This document shows positions 24,983 through 33,495 of a stretch of 41,173 nucleotides of DNA, one piece after another. The stretch spans positions 1 through 41,173 of the IMG/VR virus record IMGVR_UViG_3300037882_003602. One strand, 5' to 3'. The stretch is from a virus (lineage: Duplodnaviria > Caudoviricetes). The notes beneath the pieces are model-generated. The model saw nothing but the letters and a program-made list of their open reading frames with translations. It was not told where the DNA came from and ran no database searches. Position 1 is the first letter of the stretch; each line of letters begins with the position of its first letter. A program made the position numbers and the translations under genes.

Positions 24983-25273
24983 ATGCAAATGTTAAAAGAA
25001 GATCTGACTCAGGAGCTTTTGCGTCTGCGCGACTGGTACACCGATTATCAGAACGCATGGACGGAAACGATCAGCCAGGATGAGTATGACAACATACAGG
25101 AGGAATCGGCAATCCTTGGTTTCATGAACACCCTGCTGGTGCAGGGAGGATTGACGCCGCGTGGCTGTGATCTGGTGGAGCTGCGTTTGAAACGCTCGCA
25201 GGAATACGCCGAATCAATCGCGGTCGATCAGGCCGAGAAACAAGAATCCTTAAAACAAGGAAATTATTTATGA
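24983..25273 (+). CDS. acidic helical protein, paralogue of 33496-33765
   Basis: AAGGAG RBS; LLVQGGLTPRGCDLV. Confidence 0.7.
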   Translation: MQMLKEDLTQELLRLRDWYTDYQNAWTETISQDEYDNIQEESAILGFMNTLLVQGGLTPRGCDLVELRLKRSQEYAESIAVDQAEKQESLKQGNYL

Positions 25274-25848
25274 AAACTATACCCGATGCGGCGGTGTTCG
25301 ACTTCATCCATGCGTATTTCCAATGCGCGCTGTGGAGCAGCACCAGCACTGAATATCTGAATAAATACCGGCACTGCGGCCAGGAATGGGAAGATCGATG
25401 GAGCTGCGCCTGCAATGACAAATGCCCGGTGTGCGATAAGGAAATCGAGCCTTACGAGAGTGAGGAAATGGATTGTAATCTCGATGATCATTACAGCATG
25501 GACGATCTGGACGATGAATTCCGCGCCGAGCAGGAACAGGAATGCCGCGCGTTCCTGGAGGACGCCGGAAAGATGATCGCCGAGGAAATACTACTCCAAT
25601 GGAATAGTGGCAAAGAGATCATCGCCAGCGAATCCGGCCCTATTCCGAGGGAACTGCTGCGTACCCATAAGCGCGAGCTGACCTATGCCAGCGCCGGCCA
25701 TGATTTCTGGCTCACCCGCGTCGGCCACGGCGCCGGGTTTTGGGATGGAGACTGGCCCAAGAACGGCGATGCGCTTACCGAAATCTGCAAAAAATATAAG
25801 GAGATAGATCTCTATGTCGGCGACGATGGAAAAATCTACGGTTCTTAG
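25270..25848 (+). CDS. conserved phage protein (ALWSS / GHDFWLTR.GHG.GFWD family) with inserted Zn ribbon
   Basis: Motifs visible in the translation. Confidence 0.75.
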   Translation: MKTIPDAAVFDFIHAYFQCALWSSTSTEYLNKYRHCGQEWEDRWSCACNDKCPVCDKEIEPYESEEMDCNLDDHYSMDDLDDEFRAEQEQECRAFLEDAGKMIAEEILLQWNSGKEIIASESGPIPRELLRTHKRELTYASAGHDFWLTRVGHGAGFWDGDWPKNGDALTEICKKYKEIDLYVGDDGKIYGS

Positions 25849-26140
25849 GCTCAGCGACCGGGAACGCAAGGCCACTCCCCGATGCCTTCGGCATTTCATC
25901 GAGGAGGCTGTTGCGGATAAGCATTGGGCGGTGGCGACATGCGGAAATCCCGAATGGTTCCGGCGCGCGAGTACCGTTTCGCTCGAAATGCACGATGAAT
26001 ATCTAAAGAGATCAATCCTTTATCTTGCTCGAAAGAAGATGCGCTATGCGAAAATGCGCGCTTTCCTCGGTGTCGGCAAAGCCAATGAGTGGCCGTGGGA
26101 TAAGCCCGCGCACGATCTCTGGCTGAAACTCAATTTTTAG
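25814..26140 (+). CDS. hypothetical protein
   Basis: ORF fills the gap in the operon. Confidence 0.55.
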   Translation: MSATMEKSTVLRLSDRERKATPRCLRHFIEEAVADKHWAVATCGNPEWFRRASTVSLEMHDEYLKRSILYLARKKMRYAKMRAFLGVGKANEWPWDKPAHDLWLKLNF

Positions 26141-26149
26141 GAGGACGAA

Positions 26150-26359
26150 ATGAAGAAATACAGTGTATTACTTCTCTACCCGGAATGTGTCAACGATTCG
26201 GGTTGCGAGACTTATTTCGCCCATGTATGGGCCAAAACGCCGAGCTACGCGGTGACAGCCGCGAAGGAAGAAGCGGGCAGAGGGAATGGATACGAACCGG
26301 ATTTGAGCGCGCAGTTCATTCCGCTTCTGGTGATCGAGGGTCATCATGACGCATTGTGA
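26150..26359 (+). CDS. hypothetical phage protein
   Basis: AGGAGG RBS; YSVLLLYP...LVIEGHH. Confidence 0.7.
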   Translation: MKKYSVLLLYPECVNDSGCETYFAHVWAKTPSYAVTAAKEEAGRGNGYEPDLSAQFIPLLVIEGHHDAL

Positions 26360-26687
26360 CACAGAGAAGCCCGTACAGCAGTTTTCAAAGCATCGGCTTT
26401 GGGTGATGCACCCTTTCACGGTTTCATCGCTCAGCGACCATCTCTGTAAGATTTTAGCCTATCGAGGGTGGCAGGTTGACAGTACCCCATTGGATTACCG
26501 CGTGCTTATGGTGCGCAAGGAAGATACCCGCTGGACGCAGGCATACACGCGCAAGCATGGGTTGTTTATCGATATTGTCGGCCCGGAAGTGCCGGCGATA
26601 ATCGAGATTCTTCAAACCATCTATCAACAAGGGGAGGAAACGTATGCACCCGGATCTAAGGAAAAAACTCATCAAGGCTCTGGCTGA
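26346..26687 (+). CDS. hypothetical protein
   Basis: GAGG RBS; overlapping operon gene. Confidence 0.55.
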   Translation: MTHCDTEKPVQQFSKHRLWVMHPFTVSSLSDHLCKILAYRGWQVDSTPLDYRVLMVRKEDTRWTQAYTRKHGLFIDIVGPEVPAIIEILQTIYQQGEETYAPGSKEKTHQGSG

Positions 26688-26847
26688 AAACCAGGACCAG
26701 CCGGTTGGTTTTAATGAGGAGGAGCTGATCAAATGCTCGCCGGTGATATGTGAAGGAGCGTTTTCGCAGAAATTGCTGGAGGATTATCTCGGCATTACGC
26801 AATCGCGCGCCCAATTTCTAAACCCTAATTTGGAGAGAATTCGATGA
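26644..26847 (+). CDS. hypothetical protein
   Basis: GGAGG RBS. Confidence 0.65.
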   Translation: MHPDLRKKLIKALAENQDQPVGFNEEELIKCSPVICEGAFSQKLLEDYLGITQSRAQFLNPNLERIR

Positions 26848-27092
26848 ATAAAAACGAATTATTAGCTCGATGCAAAAAGCTCGATGATGCGCTCGAAGAA
26901 TCACTCGGCGAGGACATCGACAATGATCTGTATGCCGAAGTGAAAGAAAGCCGAGGGTGTCTCCAAATTTTGGAGAAATGGATCAACTTCGATCCCGGCG
27001 CCGTCCAGGTGGGAGTGATCTCCGGCGTGCTCGATGAGATCGAAGATTTTATCACCAACCAATTACCAAAAACGGAGGAAGAAGATGCCTAA
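26844..27092 (+). CDS. acidic hypothetical protein
   Basis: GGAG RBS; contains palindrome copy 6. Confidence 0.65.
   Translation: MNKNELLARCKKLDDALEESLGEDIDNDLYAEVKESRGCLQILEKWINFDPGAVQVGVISGVLDEIEDFITNQLPKTEEEDA
26960..26976. promoter_or_regulatory. 17-bp palindromic site, copy 6 (intragenic)
   Basis: TCTCCAAATTTTGGAGA. Confidence 0.7.
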
Positions 27093-27366
27093 GAAAGAAC
27101 ACACGACCAATGTAGTCATGAAAATTTATCCTGACGGCAGAATCGAAGAAGGCAACTGGAAGATGACACTGAAAGAAATGCAAGATTTCGTCGGCGGGCC
27201 AATCGAGATGGCACGATCGAAGATCCCTCGCCGCATGATTATCTGCGACGAGGAACACGGATTCAAAGCGCCGAATCCCAACATCGAGGCGACGAAGCTG
27301 CTCGATCCGCGCACCTGCACACTGGACGGGAGGCTGCACGGAAACTGCCTGCTGGCGAAGGGATGA
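27085..27366 (+). CDS. DUF3846-like protein
   Basis: TLKEMQDFVGGPIE...ICDEE...PNIEAT...LHGNCLL. Confidence 0.7.
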   Translation: MPKKEHTTNVVMKIYPDGRIEEGNWKMTLKEMQDFVGGPIEMARSKIPRRMIICDEEHGFKAPNPNIEATKLLDPRTCTLDGRLHGNCLLAKG

Positions 27367-27656
27367 TCGTCTTTTACTTTCGAGGAGACGTTTATTGCCA
27401 GCCTTGCGGCCTGCAATACGTCGATGAGTGTGACCGCCGCGGCGTGGAGGACAATCGAGATACCGATACCTATCCACAGCAGGCTCTCAACAATGAAGAA
27501 GCTGATACTCCGCAGCACTGTGCTGACTGCGATGAGTTTCTGGAAAACCCGCTAACCGATGAAGGACGCCAATATGTCACGGATAAAATCCGGGAAAGGC
27601 GTGGGCGCAAATCAATCCTAAGATTATGGAAGGAATTTTATGAAATTCAAACTTGA
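27363..27656 (+). CDS. Zn-binding phage hypothetical protein
   Basis: YCQPCG...DTPQHCADC...ENPLTDEG. Confidence 0.7.
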   Translation: MIVFYFRGDVYCQPCGLQYVDECDRRGVEDNRDTDTYPQQALNNEEADTPQHCADCDEFLENPLTDEGRQYVTDKIRERRGRKSILRLWKEFYEIQT

Positions 27657-28104
27657 GTTCGAGGCCGAAGGCGAAACCTTCGGCGACCTGGAACAGGCGG
27701 CGGAGCAGCTGGTCATCAAAATCCGCGAGGATTACTGGTCAGGCTCTGATTCCAACGATACAGGGGGCTACCATTTCAACATCAACGAACCATCGAAGCC
27801 GGAAGAACCGAAGGATCTCCATCGCATCGCCGAGTTCGATGGTGGTGATAAATTCATCGTGGCGCGTGAGGAGCTATACTATCCGGTTCCTGTACCGGGT
27901 GGCGCTTTCAGCCAGGGAGCGATGATCGTCGTACTCTGCGCCAACCTTCGTAACGAATACGCCGCCTATATCGGCGGTGTGATCGATGATAAGGCACCCG
28001 AACCCGCCGATCTGATCTGGATCGCCGAGCATGGCGTTAAAATCACTTTCAAGGAAGCGACCAAATATTTCCCCTGGATCGTTTCCGAATATTACCGAAG
28101 ATGA
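27640..28104 (+). CDS. two-domain hypothetical protein
   Basis: AAGGA RBS; Pro-rich linker EPSKPEEPK. Confidence 0.65.
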   Translation: MKFKLEFEAEGETFGDLEQAAEQLVIKIREDYWSGSDSNDTGGYHFNINEPSKPEEPKDLHRIAEFDGGDKFIVAREELYYPVPVPGGAFSQGAMIVVLCANLRNEYAAYIGGVIDDKAPEPADLIWIAEHGVKITFKEATKYFPWIVSEYYRR

Positions 28105-28199
28105 CCGGCTATATCACCTGCTGGATGTGCGTACTTTTTATCGGATGGTGGGGCGAGAAAATCGAATCACTTCCCATCGATCTCAACCCTAGATTCTAA
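28101..28199 (+). CDS. 32-aa hydrophobic micro-protein
   Basis: ATGA coupling; fills the gap exactly. Confidence 0.35.
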   Translation: MTGYITCWMCVLFIGWWGEKIESLPIDLNPRF

Positions 28200-28210
28200 A
28201 GGAGAAATCT

Positions 28211-28915
28211 ATGAGCTATACAAGCGAAACAGCACCGCTGCGCAAGAAGGAGGACATCATAAAATTCCTTGTTGAGCACGATCACTATCATCCCATGAAT
28301 TCGTGGAACGGAGGGTTCTGCGTGGCGTGGAATGTGAAAATGCACGGTAGATTCGATATGACCGGTATGAAGCACGCCAAGGAGCACGATCTCGATCCTA
28401 CGCGCACCGAGGCGTGGGAGGCCCACCTTGAGAGCAAGGAAGGTCAGAACGTGTGGGATTGGGCGATGGAGAATATCGCCCGCCAATTCATCGACGGCGA
28501 ATTCACCCGTTACCCAGGCGTCGGCCATGTTAAATGCTACTTCAACGGACGCTCCGGCGGATGGATGGTGCTCGAAGATACCGACATCGAAAACGGAGGC
28601 GACAACCCCTGGGCGCTGAACAAATTCATCTGGAGCAGCCGCGACTCTTACGAGGAATGGCTGCGCGAGATGAATATCGGCAGGCTTACCCGCTGGTATC
28701 GGATGGTCTGCGATGTGGATCGCGCGGTAGCTGGCCGCTATCAAGAGGCGGAGTATCAATACGCCTTTGAGCGTGCTCAATGGGAAGATGAGCAAAGGGT
28801 GAAGGAAGCAGTGGAGGCAGATCCGGCAGTGCAAACCGCAAAGCAAAACATCGCTGCATCGAAATCGGTGATCGATGAACGCGAGATGCACTACCGCGCT
28901 GCACTGGTGAAATGA
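28211..28915 (+). CDS. conserved phage hypothetical protein
   Basis: AAGGAG RBS; AWNVK and FNGRSGGWMVL motifs. Confidence 0.75.
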   Translation: MSYTSETAPLRKKEDIIKFLVEHDHYHPMNSWNGGFCVAWNVKMHGRFDMTGMKHAKEHDLDPTRTEAWEAHLESKEGQNVWDWAMENIARQFIDGEFTRYPGVGHVKCYFNGRSGGWMVLEDTDIENGGDNPWALNKFIWSSRDSYEEWLREMNIGRLTRWYRMVCDVDRAVAGRYQEAEYQYAFERAQWEDEQRVKEAVEADPAVQTAKQNIAASKSVIDEREMHYRAALVK

Positions 28916-29223
28916 ACAGGCGGGATCGCCACCAGTTGGCTCTTTCATCACAGCAGTATCTGAATCAGGTAATCCTGGAGAGCTGCCGTGCCTGCCTTGC
29001 GACATGGGAGGAATTCCCACCTCACGTCCGCAAGGAAACATGGAAAGAGCTGAGCCTCTACACAAAACAGCGGATATTGACGGCGATGATCGAGCGCCGT
29101 GATCGCCGTACAAGTAAAACCCTATTGAGAGATGTTTATGCCGGATGCAGCACCCTTTGGAGAGATGTCGAAGGCTCAGAAGAAACGGGCCAGGAAGAAA
29201 CGCAACAAAAACAAGAAGAATAA
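28912..29223 (+). CDS. hypothetical protein
   Basis: ATGA coupling. Confidence 0.5.
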   Translation: MNRRDRHQLALSSQQYLNQVILESCRACLATWEEFPPHVRKETWKELSLYTKQRILTAMIERRDRRTSKTLLRDVYAGCSTLWRDVEGSEETGQEETQQKQEE

Positions 29224-29575
29224 GCAGCCGCAGAAGGTGACGAACCAGCTGCTGACGCTGGAATATCTGGATGCGCGTATCACGCAGAAATTCGGGCCGG
29301 CGAAGTGGATGCAATTCGCGCGTCACTTCATCGAGACGGGTTTCGATGTCGAGCTTTACGAGGCGCGGCAGACCGTTTCCAAATACCTGACGGTAATCTC
29401 CAAAGATGGGAGAAAATACAAAGTCAGGTTCAGCAACCACGCGCCGATATTGGAGCGTGAAATCAACGGTGACTGTGACTATTTCGTGGGGCGAACGAAT
29501 TTGCGCGTGACCACCACGGATATGGCGATCATCAACACCGAACTATTTTTCGCAAGGAGTCCAATCAATGCCTAA
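29132..29575 (+). CDS. hypothetical protein (S.Y...KVRFSNH motif)
   Basis: Basic N-terminus; start uncertain. Confidence 0.65.
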   Translation: MFMPDAAPFGEMSKAQKKRARKKRNKNKKNKQPQKVTNQLLTLEYLDARITQKFGPAKWMQFARHFIETGFDVELYEARQTVSKYLTVISKDGRKYKVRFSNHAPILEREINGDCDYFVGRTNLRVTTTDMAIINTELFFARSPINA

Positions 29576-29846
29576 ATTCAATGTCAACGTGTTCTATGAA
29601 TACGCTCTGAAATTCAACGACATCGAAGCGGAAAACGCCAAGGAAGCGATGAAGATCGCCATGGAAGCACCGCTTGATACTTGCATATCCGGCCCGAATT
29701 TCACCGAGGGTTTGGCGCTCGCTGGTATCGTCGATCCGGTAGGAGAGGATGGTGAACCCGATCTGGAAAAGAGTGAGAATTTTATCATCCAGGATTTAAC
29801 CCCAAGGAAAGAGGAGGACTGGCAGAAGATGCCGGTGGCTTTATGA
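29568..29846 (+). CDS. acidic hypothetical protein
   Basis: AAGGAG RBS; IEAENAKEA motif. Confidence 0.7.
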   Translation: MPKFNVNVFYEYALKFNDIEAENAKEAMKIAMEAPLDTCISGPNFTEGLALAGIVDPVGEDGEPDLEKSENFIIQDLTPRKEEDWQKMPVAL

Positions 29847-30097
29847 AATATGAGATTCAGAAAATGCTGTGCGTCAGCACGGCGCATATCAGCAAGGCAA
29901 CCAACGACTGGCTGATCCACGAAGGTCTGCAGATAATGCAAAGCGAGTACGGGTTCATCATCTGGAAAGCGATGCCGCATGATGGCTCGCCTGAGCTGAT
30001 CGCCCTGCAAAAGCTGGCGTGCGAGCTGCGCGTGGACTTCATCCACCTGGATCGGGATGGCCCGGTGCTGGAAGGTTTCAAGACATACGACTGGTAA
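29843..30097 (+). CDS. DUF5983-like protein
   Basis: MLCVSTAHIS...EYGFII...LDRDGPVLEG. Confidence 0.7.
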   Translation: MKYEIQKMLCVSTAHISKATNDWLIHEGLQIMQSEYGFIIWKAMPHDGSPELIALQKLACELRVDFIHLDRDGPVLEGFKTYDW

Positions 30098-30120
30098 ACA
30101 ATAAACAAGGAGATCCCTCT

Positions 30121-30405
30121 ATGGAAGCCCAAGTACAAGGTAAAAAGATCAAGGTCATCGGCCTTGAGGTTCGTGACAAAAATCGTTTCCAGGCTGAGAC
30201 GGTAAGCGGTAAGCCGGTATTCGTGGCGCCGCAATATTCCGGTGAGCTGAAACTGAAAATTCTGAACACCTACATCACGCTCGAAGATTTGCCGCTATCG
30301 CCTGATCTGCAGGAAGTGACGCCGGAGACGCGAGGGATGGTGTTCTATGCTGCAATCACAGCGCTCCGCGAAGCCGCGGATTATCTCGAAAACCAAGCAC
30401 GATAG
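30121..30405 (+). CDS. hypothetical protein
   Basis: AAGGAG RBS. Confidence 0.65.
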   Translation: MEAQVQGKKIKVIGLEVRDKNRFQAETVSGKPVFVAPQYSGELKLKILNTYITLEDLPLSPDLQEVTPETRGMVFYAAITALREAADYLENQAR

Positions 30406-30413
30406 GAGGATTT

Positions 30414-30773
30414 ATGCCGACGACGAAAACCAAAATCGAACCCGGAAGCATTTTATGCTACTGCTACCGCAGCGGCCATGTGCATTTCGGTCACAAGCTC
30501 CCCAGCGGCGCGCTGCCGATCCATCGCTTTCAGGAGAGCGACAAGAAAACCCGCGACCAGATCGAAGTGTTGTGCCGTCTGAGCTATGACGGAAAAACCC
30601 TGCTGGTTCCCGGTATCCCGGAAGCGGCGAGCGATGAGGACGCCGAGAAAGCGTTCGAATTCTTCTGTGAGTGGCTGCAATGGTGCCTTCTGCCGAAGGA
30701 GCGCCGCGAGCGCACGCCGAGGCCGGAGCGCCCGGATATTGCGATCAGAATCCCAGGGCCGGAGCATCACTAA
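30414..30773 (+). CDS. protein resembling Mu-like-phage 'host nuclease inhibitor' family
   Basis: YCYRSGHVHFG..LPSGALPI...LLVPGIPEA; family recalled from memory. Confidence 0.5.
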   Translation: MPTTKTKIEPGSILCYCYRSGHVHFGHKLPSGALPIHRFQESDKKTRDQIEVLCRLSYDGKTLLVPGIPEAASDEDAEKAFEFFCEWLQWCLLPKERRERTPRPERPDIAIRIPGPEHH

Positions 30774-31369
30774 TGGCAATCACCGGAACACTGGAAATGA
30801 TGCAAGCCAGCCATGACAAGGAATTCAGGCTCATCGCCCTTCCTGATAACATGGATAATTGGGATCCGCTGATCGCGCTGGAAGCCCAGCAGATCTGGAC
30901 GGTGTATTTCTTCGATCCCAATGAGAAAACTCACTGCTGCGAAATCACGCCCAGCTACTGGCTGGAATTCCTCGACAGCTTTTTCGAGCGTGATTACTAC
31001 GACGCCAACGGTGATCTCTCACGCGAAAATGAGCGTGAACGCGACGGACTGGAGGAATCGATTCGCACCGGCCAGATTCAGTGCGATCCCAGCTGTTACG
31101 TTCACTGTCACGAAATCGATCATTTATTTGAGGAAAAGAATAAATATCGGGATCACTTTATCGCCAAGTGGCGTGGAGAGATACCGGCTTTTGGATGGAG
31201 CGACACTTTCGCCGGCGACGACGATAAAGAGCGTAGGGAAAATGCCAGAGAATACTGGCAGGGAAGCCCTCCGTTCGCACCGTTAGAAATCGATGCGGTG
31301 ATGAAATCGATTCGCCGTGGCGAGAGTTTCGATGAAGTAAACAAATGGTTAAGGAGCCACGGAAAATGA
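30773..31369 (+). CDS. acidic hypothetical protein
   Basis: GGAG RBS; TAATG coupling. Confidence 0.7.
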   Translation: MAITGTLEMMQASHDKEFRLIALPDNMDNWDPLIALEAQQIWTVYFFDPNEKTHCCEITPSYWLEFLDSFFERDYYDANGDLSRENERERDGLEESIRTGQIQCDPSCYVHCHEIDHLFEEKNKYRDHFIAKWRGEIPAFGWSDTFAGDDDKERRENAREYWQGSPPFAPLEIDAVMKSIRRGESFDEVNKWLRSHGK

Positions 31370-31581
31370 AACGAAAACGCATCACTGTAATCGCTCTTTG
31401 CCCGGATGAAGCGACTGAAAAAGAGATCGCCGATTATGTGGAAGAAGCGCTCGGCGTATGGGGCGGTCAGCGCCGCCCGCCGGGAGCATATAGCGACGAT
31501 GATCCAGGCGATCCGTTATTTGAAAGCCTGAGCATCGAATCTGTCGAAGTAAAACGAGGATTTAGGAGAGTCACAAAATGA
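31366..31581 (+). CDS. hypothetical protein
   Basis: ATGA coupling; WGGQRRP...DPLF. Confidence 0.65.
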   Translation: MKRKRITVIALCPDEATEKEIADYVEEALGVWGGQRRPPGAYSDDDPGDPLFESLSIESVEVKRGFRRVTK

Positions 31582-31733
31582 AAAAACTTACTTTCGAAAT
31601 CACGGTGAAAGTACCGGAAGAACGCAGCGCCGAGGTCATAAGGGATCTGATCGCTGATGCTTTAACCCAGGAAGGTTTCGATGATGTCGAGATCTTCCGT
31701 ATGCACAAAGGAACCGGACATTACAATGGCTAA
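31578..31733 (+). CDS. 51-aa hypothetical protein (not in the ORF track)
   Basis: AGGAG RBS; MKKLTFEITVKVPEE... Confidence 0.6.
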   Translation: MKKLTFEITVKVPEERSAEVIRDLIADALTQEGFDDVEIFRMHKGTGHYNG

Positions 31734-32361
31734 CGACATCAGTAATACCGACAACATCATCGACGCCCGCGATGTGCAAAAGCGCATCGACGAACTGCAA
31801 GACGACGGCGACACAAAACCCTGGGTGGCTGGGTGGAATCTCCCAGGGCATTCGCCTGATACACCCTACGAACCTTTCTCTACTTGGAAAGAGGCGCAGG
31901 ATTATCTCATCGATGAGCTGGAGCGCAGCCTCGATAATAAACTGCCGGATGATATAAGCCTCATCGACCGCGATCAGATAAACGGTATGTATCAGCGTGT
32001 GATCGACGAGATCCGGGATTCGCAGGAAGCGGCGGGCATGATTACCGTCGGCATCGACGGCTGGGTTTTCTGTGTCGAACCCAATGATGGTTTCGATCCT
32101 GAATTGCTCTACGAGCTGGAGCAGCTGAAATCCTTCGCCGCCGAGATCGACGACAGCAAACTCCGCCACGGTGAAACGCTGATCCGCGAAGATCATTTCG
32201 AGGATTACGCCCGCGAACTGGCGGAGGATCTGGAGGGAGAAGCAATGCGCAAGGCGTCCTGGCCTTTCAACTGCATCGATTGGGAGCGCGCCGCCCGCGA
32301 GCTGCAGCAGGATTACAGCACCGCCGATTATGACGGCGTGACCTATTATTACCGGTCATAA
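31726..32361 (+). CDS. ArdA-like antirestriction (DNA-mimic) protein
   Basis: Very acidic; FEDYARELAED...CIDWERAARELQQDY resembles the ArdA C-terminal domain. Confidence 0.65.
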   Translation: MANDISNTDNIIDARDVQKRIDELQDDGDTKPWVAGWNLPGHSPDTPYEPFSTWKEAQDYLIDELERSLDNKLPDDISLIDRDQINGMYQRVIDEIRDSQEAAGMITVGIDGWVFCVEPNDGFDPELLYELEQLKSFAAEIDDSKLRHGETLIREDHFEDYARELAEDLEGEAMRKASWPFNCIDWERAARELQQDYSTADYDGVTYYYRS

Positions 32362-32388
32362 GAAAAGGCGGCAAAAGCCGCCTTTTCT
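32361..32388. terminator. bidirectional intrinsic terminator
   Basis: AGAAAAGGCGGC-AAAA-GCCGCCTTTTCT between convergent ORFs. Confidence 0.8.
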
Positions 32389-32408
32389 GTTCATCTCCTA
32401 ACGGGGAA

Positions 32409-32543
32409 TTAAGAGATGAAAGTATTGCCACCAGTGGGCTTGGCAGCAGCGCCTTCACCTTCGCGCTTCGGCTGGGAAACGGGCTGCTTCTCCGGCTGGC
32501 GGTTCGGGTTGTTAGGGGTGTTTTCTTTACGGGGCGTGTTCAT
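32409..32543 (-). CDS. 44-aa disordered peptide on the opposite strand (not in the ORF track)
   Basis: GGAGG RBS 5 nt before ATG; MNTPRKENTPNNPNRQPEKQPVSQPKREGEGAAAKPTGGNTFIS. Confidence 0.6.
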   Translation of the reverse strand: MNTPRKENTPNNPNRQPEKQPVSQPKREGEGAAAKPTGGNTFIS

Positions 32544-32620
32544 AATAACCTCCTGCATAATTGCACCTTCACCCTACGGAATTCAGGATAAATAAACCAT
32601 CATCAACACCAGGGATTTTT

Positions 32621-33085
32621 ATGAAATATGACGAAATGACACACGAATTATTCAATCGATTCAACGCTAAGTGTTTATGGTCGGAGAAAGGCCCGCCCAA
32701 TACGTCGATCGAGACCATCGAAGCCTTCGCCTGCAGAGGCAGGGTCGTAATCGCACAGAAATACGTCACAGGAGGGTGGGAGATCTATGCGCCGGTGTCA
32801 GACAGCCTGCACCCTCAAACCAACCTGGAGGCGCTGGAAAAGCGCCTTAGCGATAAACCGCATGAGATCCAGATCGATCTCGAAGGCGGTGTCATCCACG
32901 ACGTTTCCAACATCCCGCACAATGTTCATGTGAAGATCCGTGATTTCGACATCGACGGCGTGGAGCCGGAGCGCATTGTGGAAAATGGTGTGGATCCCTA
33001 TGTGGAAACGATCTGGATCGGAGGGCAAACCGATGTTACTGTCTCCGACGAAGCAACCTTTACGCTTTCACAACCTAAAACCTAG
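32621..33085 (+). CDS. two-domain hypothetical protein
   Basis: C-terminal EGGVIHDVSNIP..V.V.I.DFDIDG motif. Confidence 0.65.
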   Translation: MKYDEMTHELFNRFNAKCLWSEKGPPNTSIETIEAFACRGRVVIAQKYVTGGWEIYAPVSDSLHPQTNLEALEKRLSDKPHEIQIDLEGGVIHDVSNIPHNVHVKIRDFDIDGVEPERIVENGVDPYVETIWIGGQTDVTVSDEATFTLSQPKT

Positions 33086-33093
33086 GAGGCACC

Positions 33094-33429
33094 ATGTACT
33101 CGCGCATTTTTACCCTGGAAACGCTGGATTCGGAAGGGAAGCTGATGGAGCGCTTCGAAAAAGAGATCGAGAACAACCCGGAATATGGCGAAGTCGAGTG
33201 CAAGAAAATTCTCATCGACAACCCGGATGTCCGCACGGTTTCCATCATGAGCGCGGAATTTCACAGCGATACTGGTGAGGAACGGTTTATGACCAATGAT
33301 GCCGGTGTGGTGCTGACCGACGGCGCGGGCGAGCCGCGGCGCCTGTTCAAAATCGTCATGCGATGGGATCGGGATCTGAACGGCCAAACCTTCTCGGAAA
33401 CCGAGCGCGACTGGCCCGCCTACGCTTAA
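33094..33429 (+). CDS. hypothetical protein
   Basis: AGGAGG RBS. Confidence 0.7.
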   Translation: MYSRIFTLETLDSEGKLMERFEKEIENNPEYGEVECKKILIDNPDVRTVSIMSAEFHSDTGEERFMTNDAGVVLTDGAGEPRRLFKIVMRWDRDLNGQTFSETERDWPAYA

Positions 33430-33455
33430 CAATCCCGCGCGCCAAACTTTACAAT

Positions 33456-33482
33456 AAGGGCTCGGTTCGCCGAGCCCTTTTC
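33456..33482 (+). terminator. intrinsic terminator
   Basis: AAGGGCTCGG-TTCG-CCGAGCCCTT followed by T tract. Confidence 0.8.
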
Positions 33483-33495
33483 ATTTGGAGGAACT

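Noticed and set aside
24659-24988. Minus-strand ORF across the 24.82-24.98 kb gap
   Set aside because: No clear RBS and half of it overlaps a plus-strand gene; the gap remains unexplained
15785-26976. Palindromic repeats as a CRISPR array
   Set aside because: Copies are 0.2-4.7 kb apart with genes between them, there are no uniform spacers, and no cas genes are present
15519-27672. AGGCCGAAGGC mini-hairpin repeat (15519, 17303, 27662)
   Set aside because: Short and GC-rich, with one copy in ordinary coding sequence; cannot be separated from chance
12871-33490. Half-sites of the palindrome (12871, 24473, 26829, 29156, 33484)
   Set aside because: Only one arm matches, and TTTGGAG doubles as a ribosome-binding sequence
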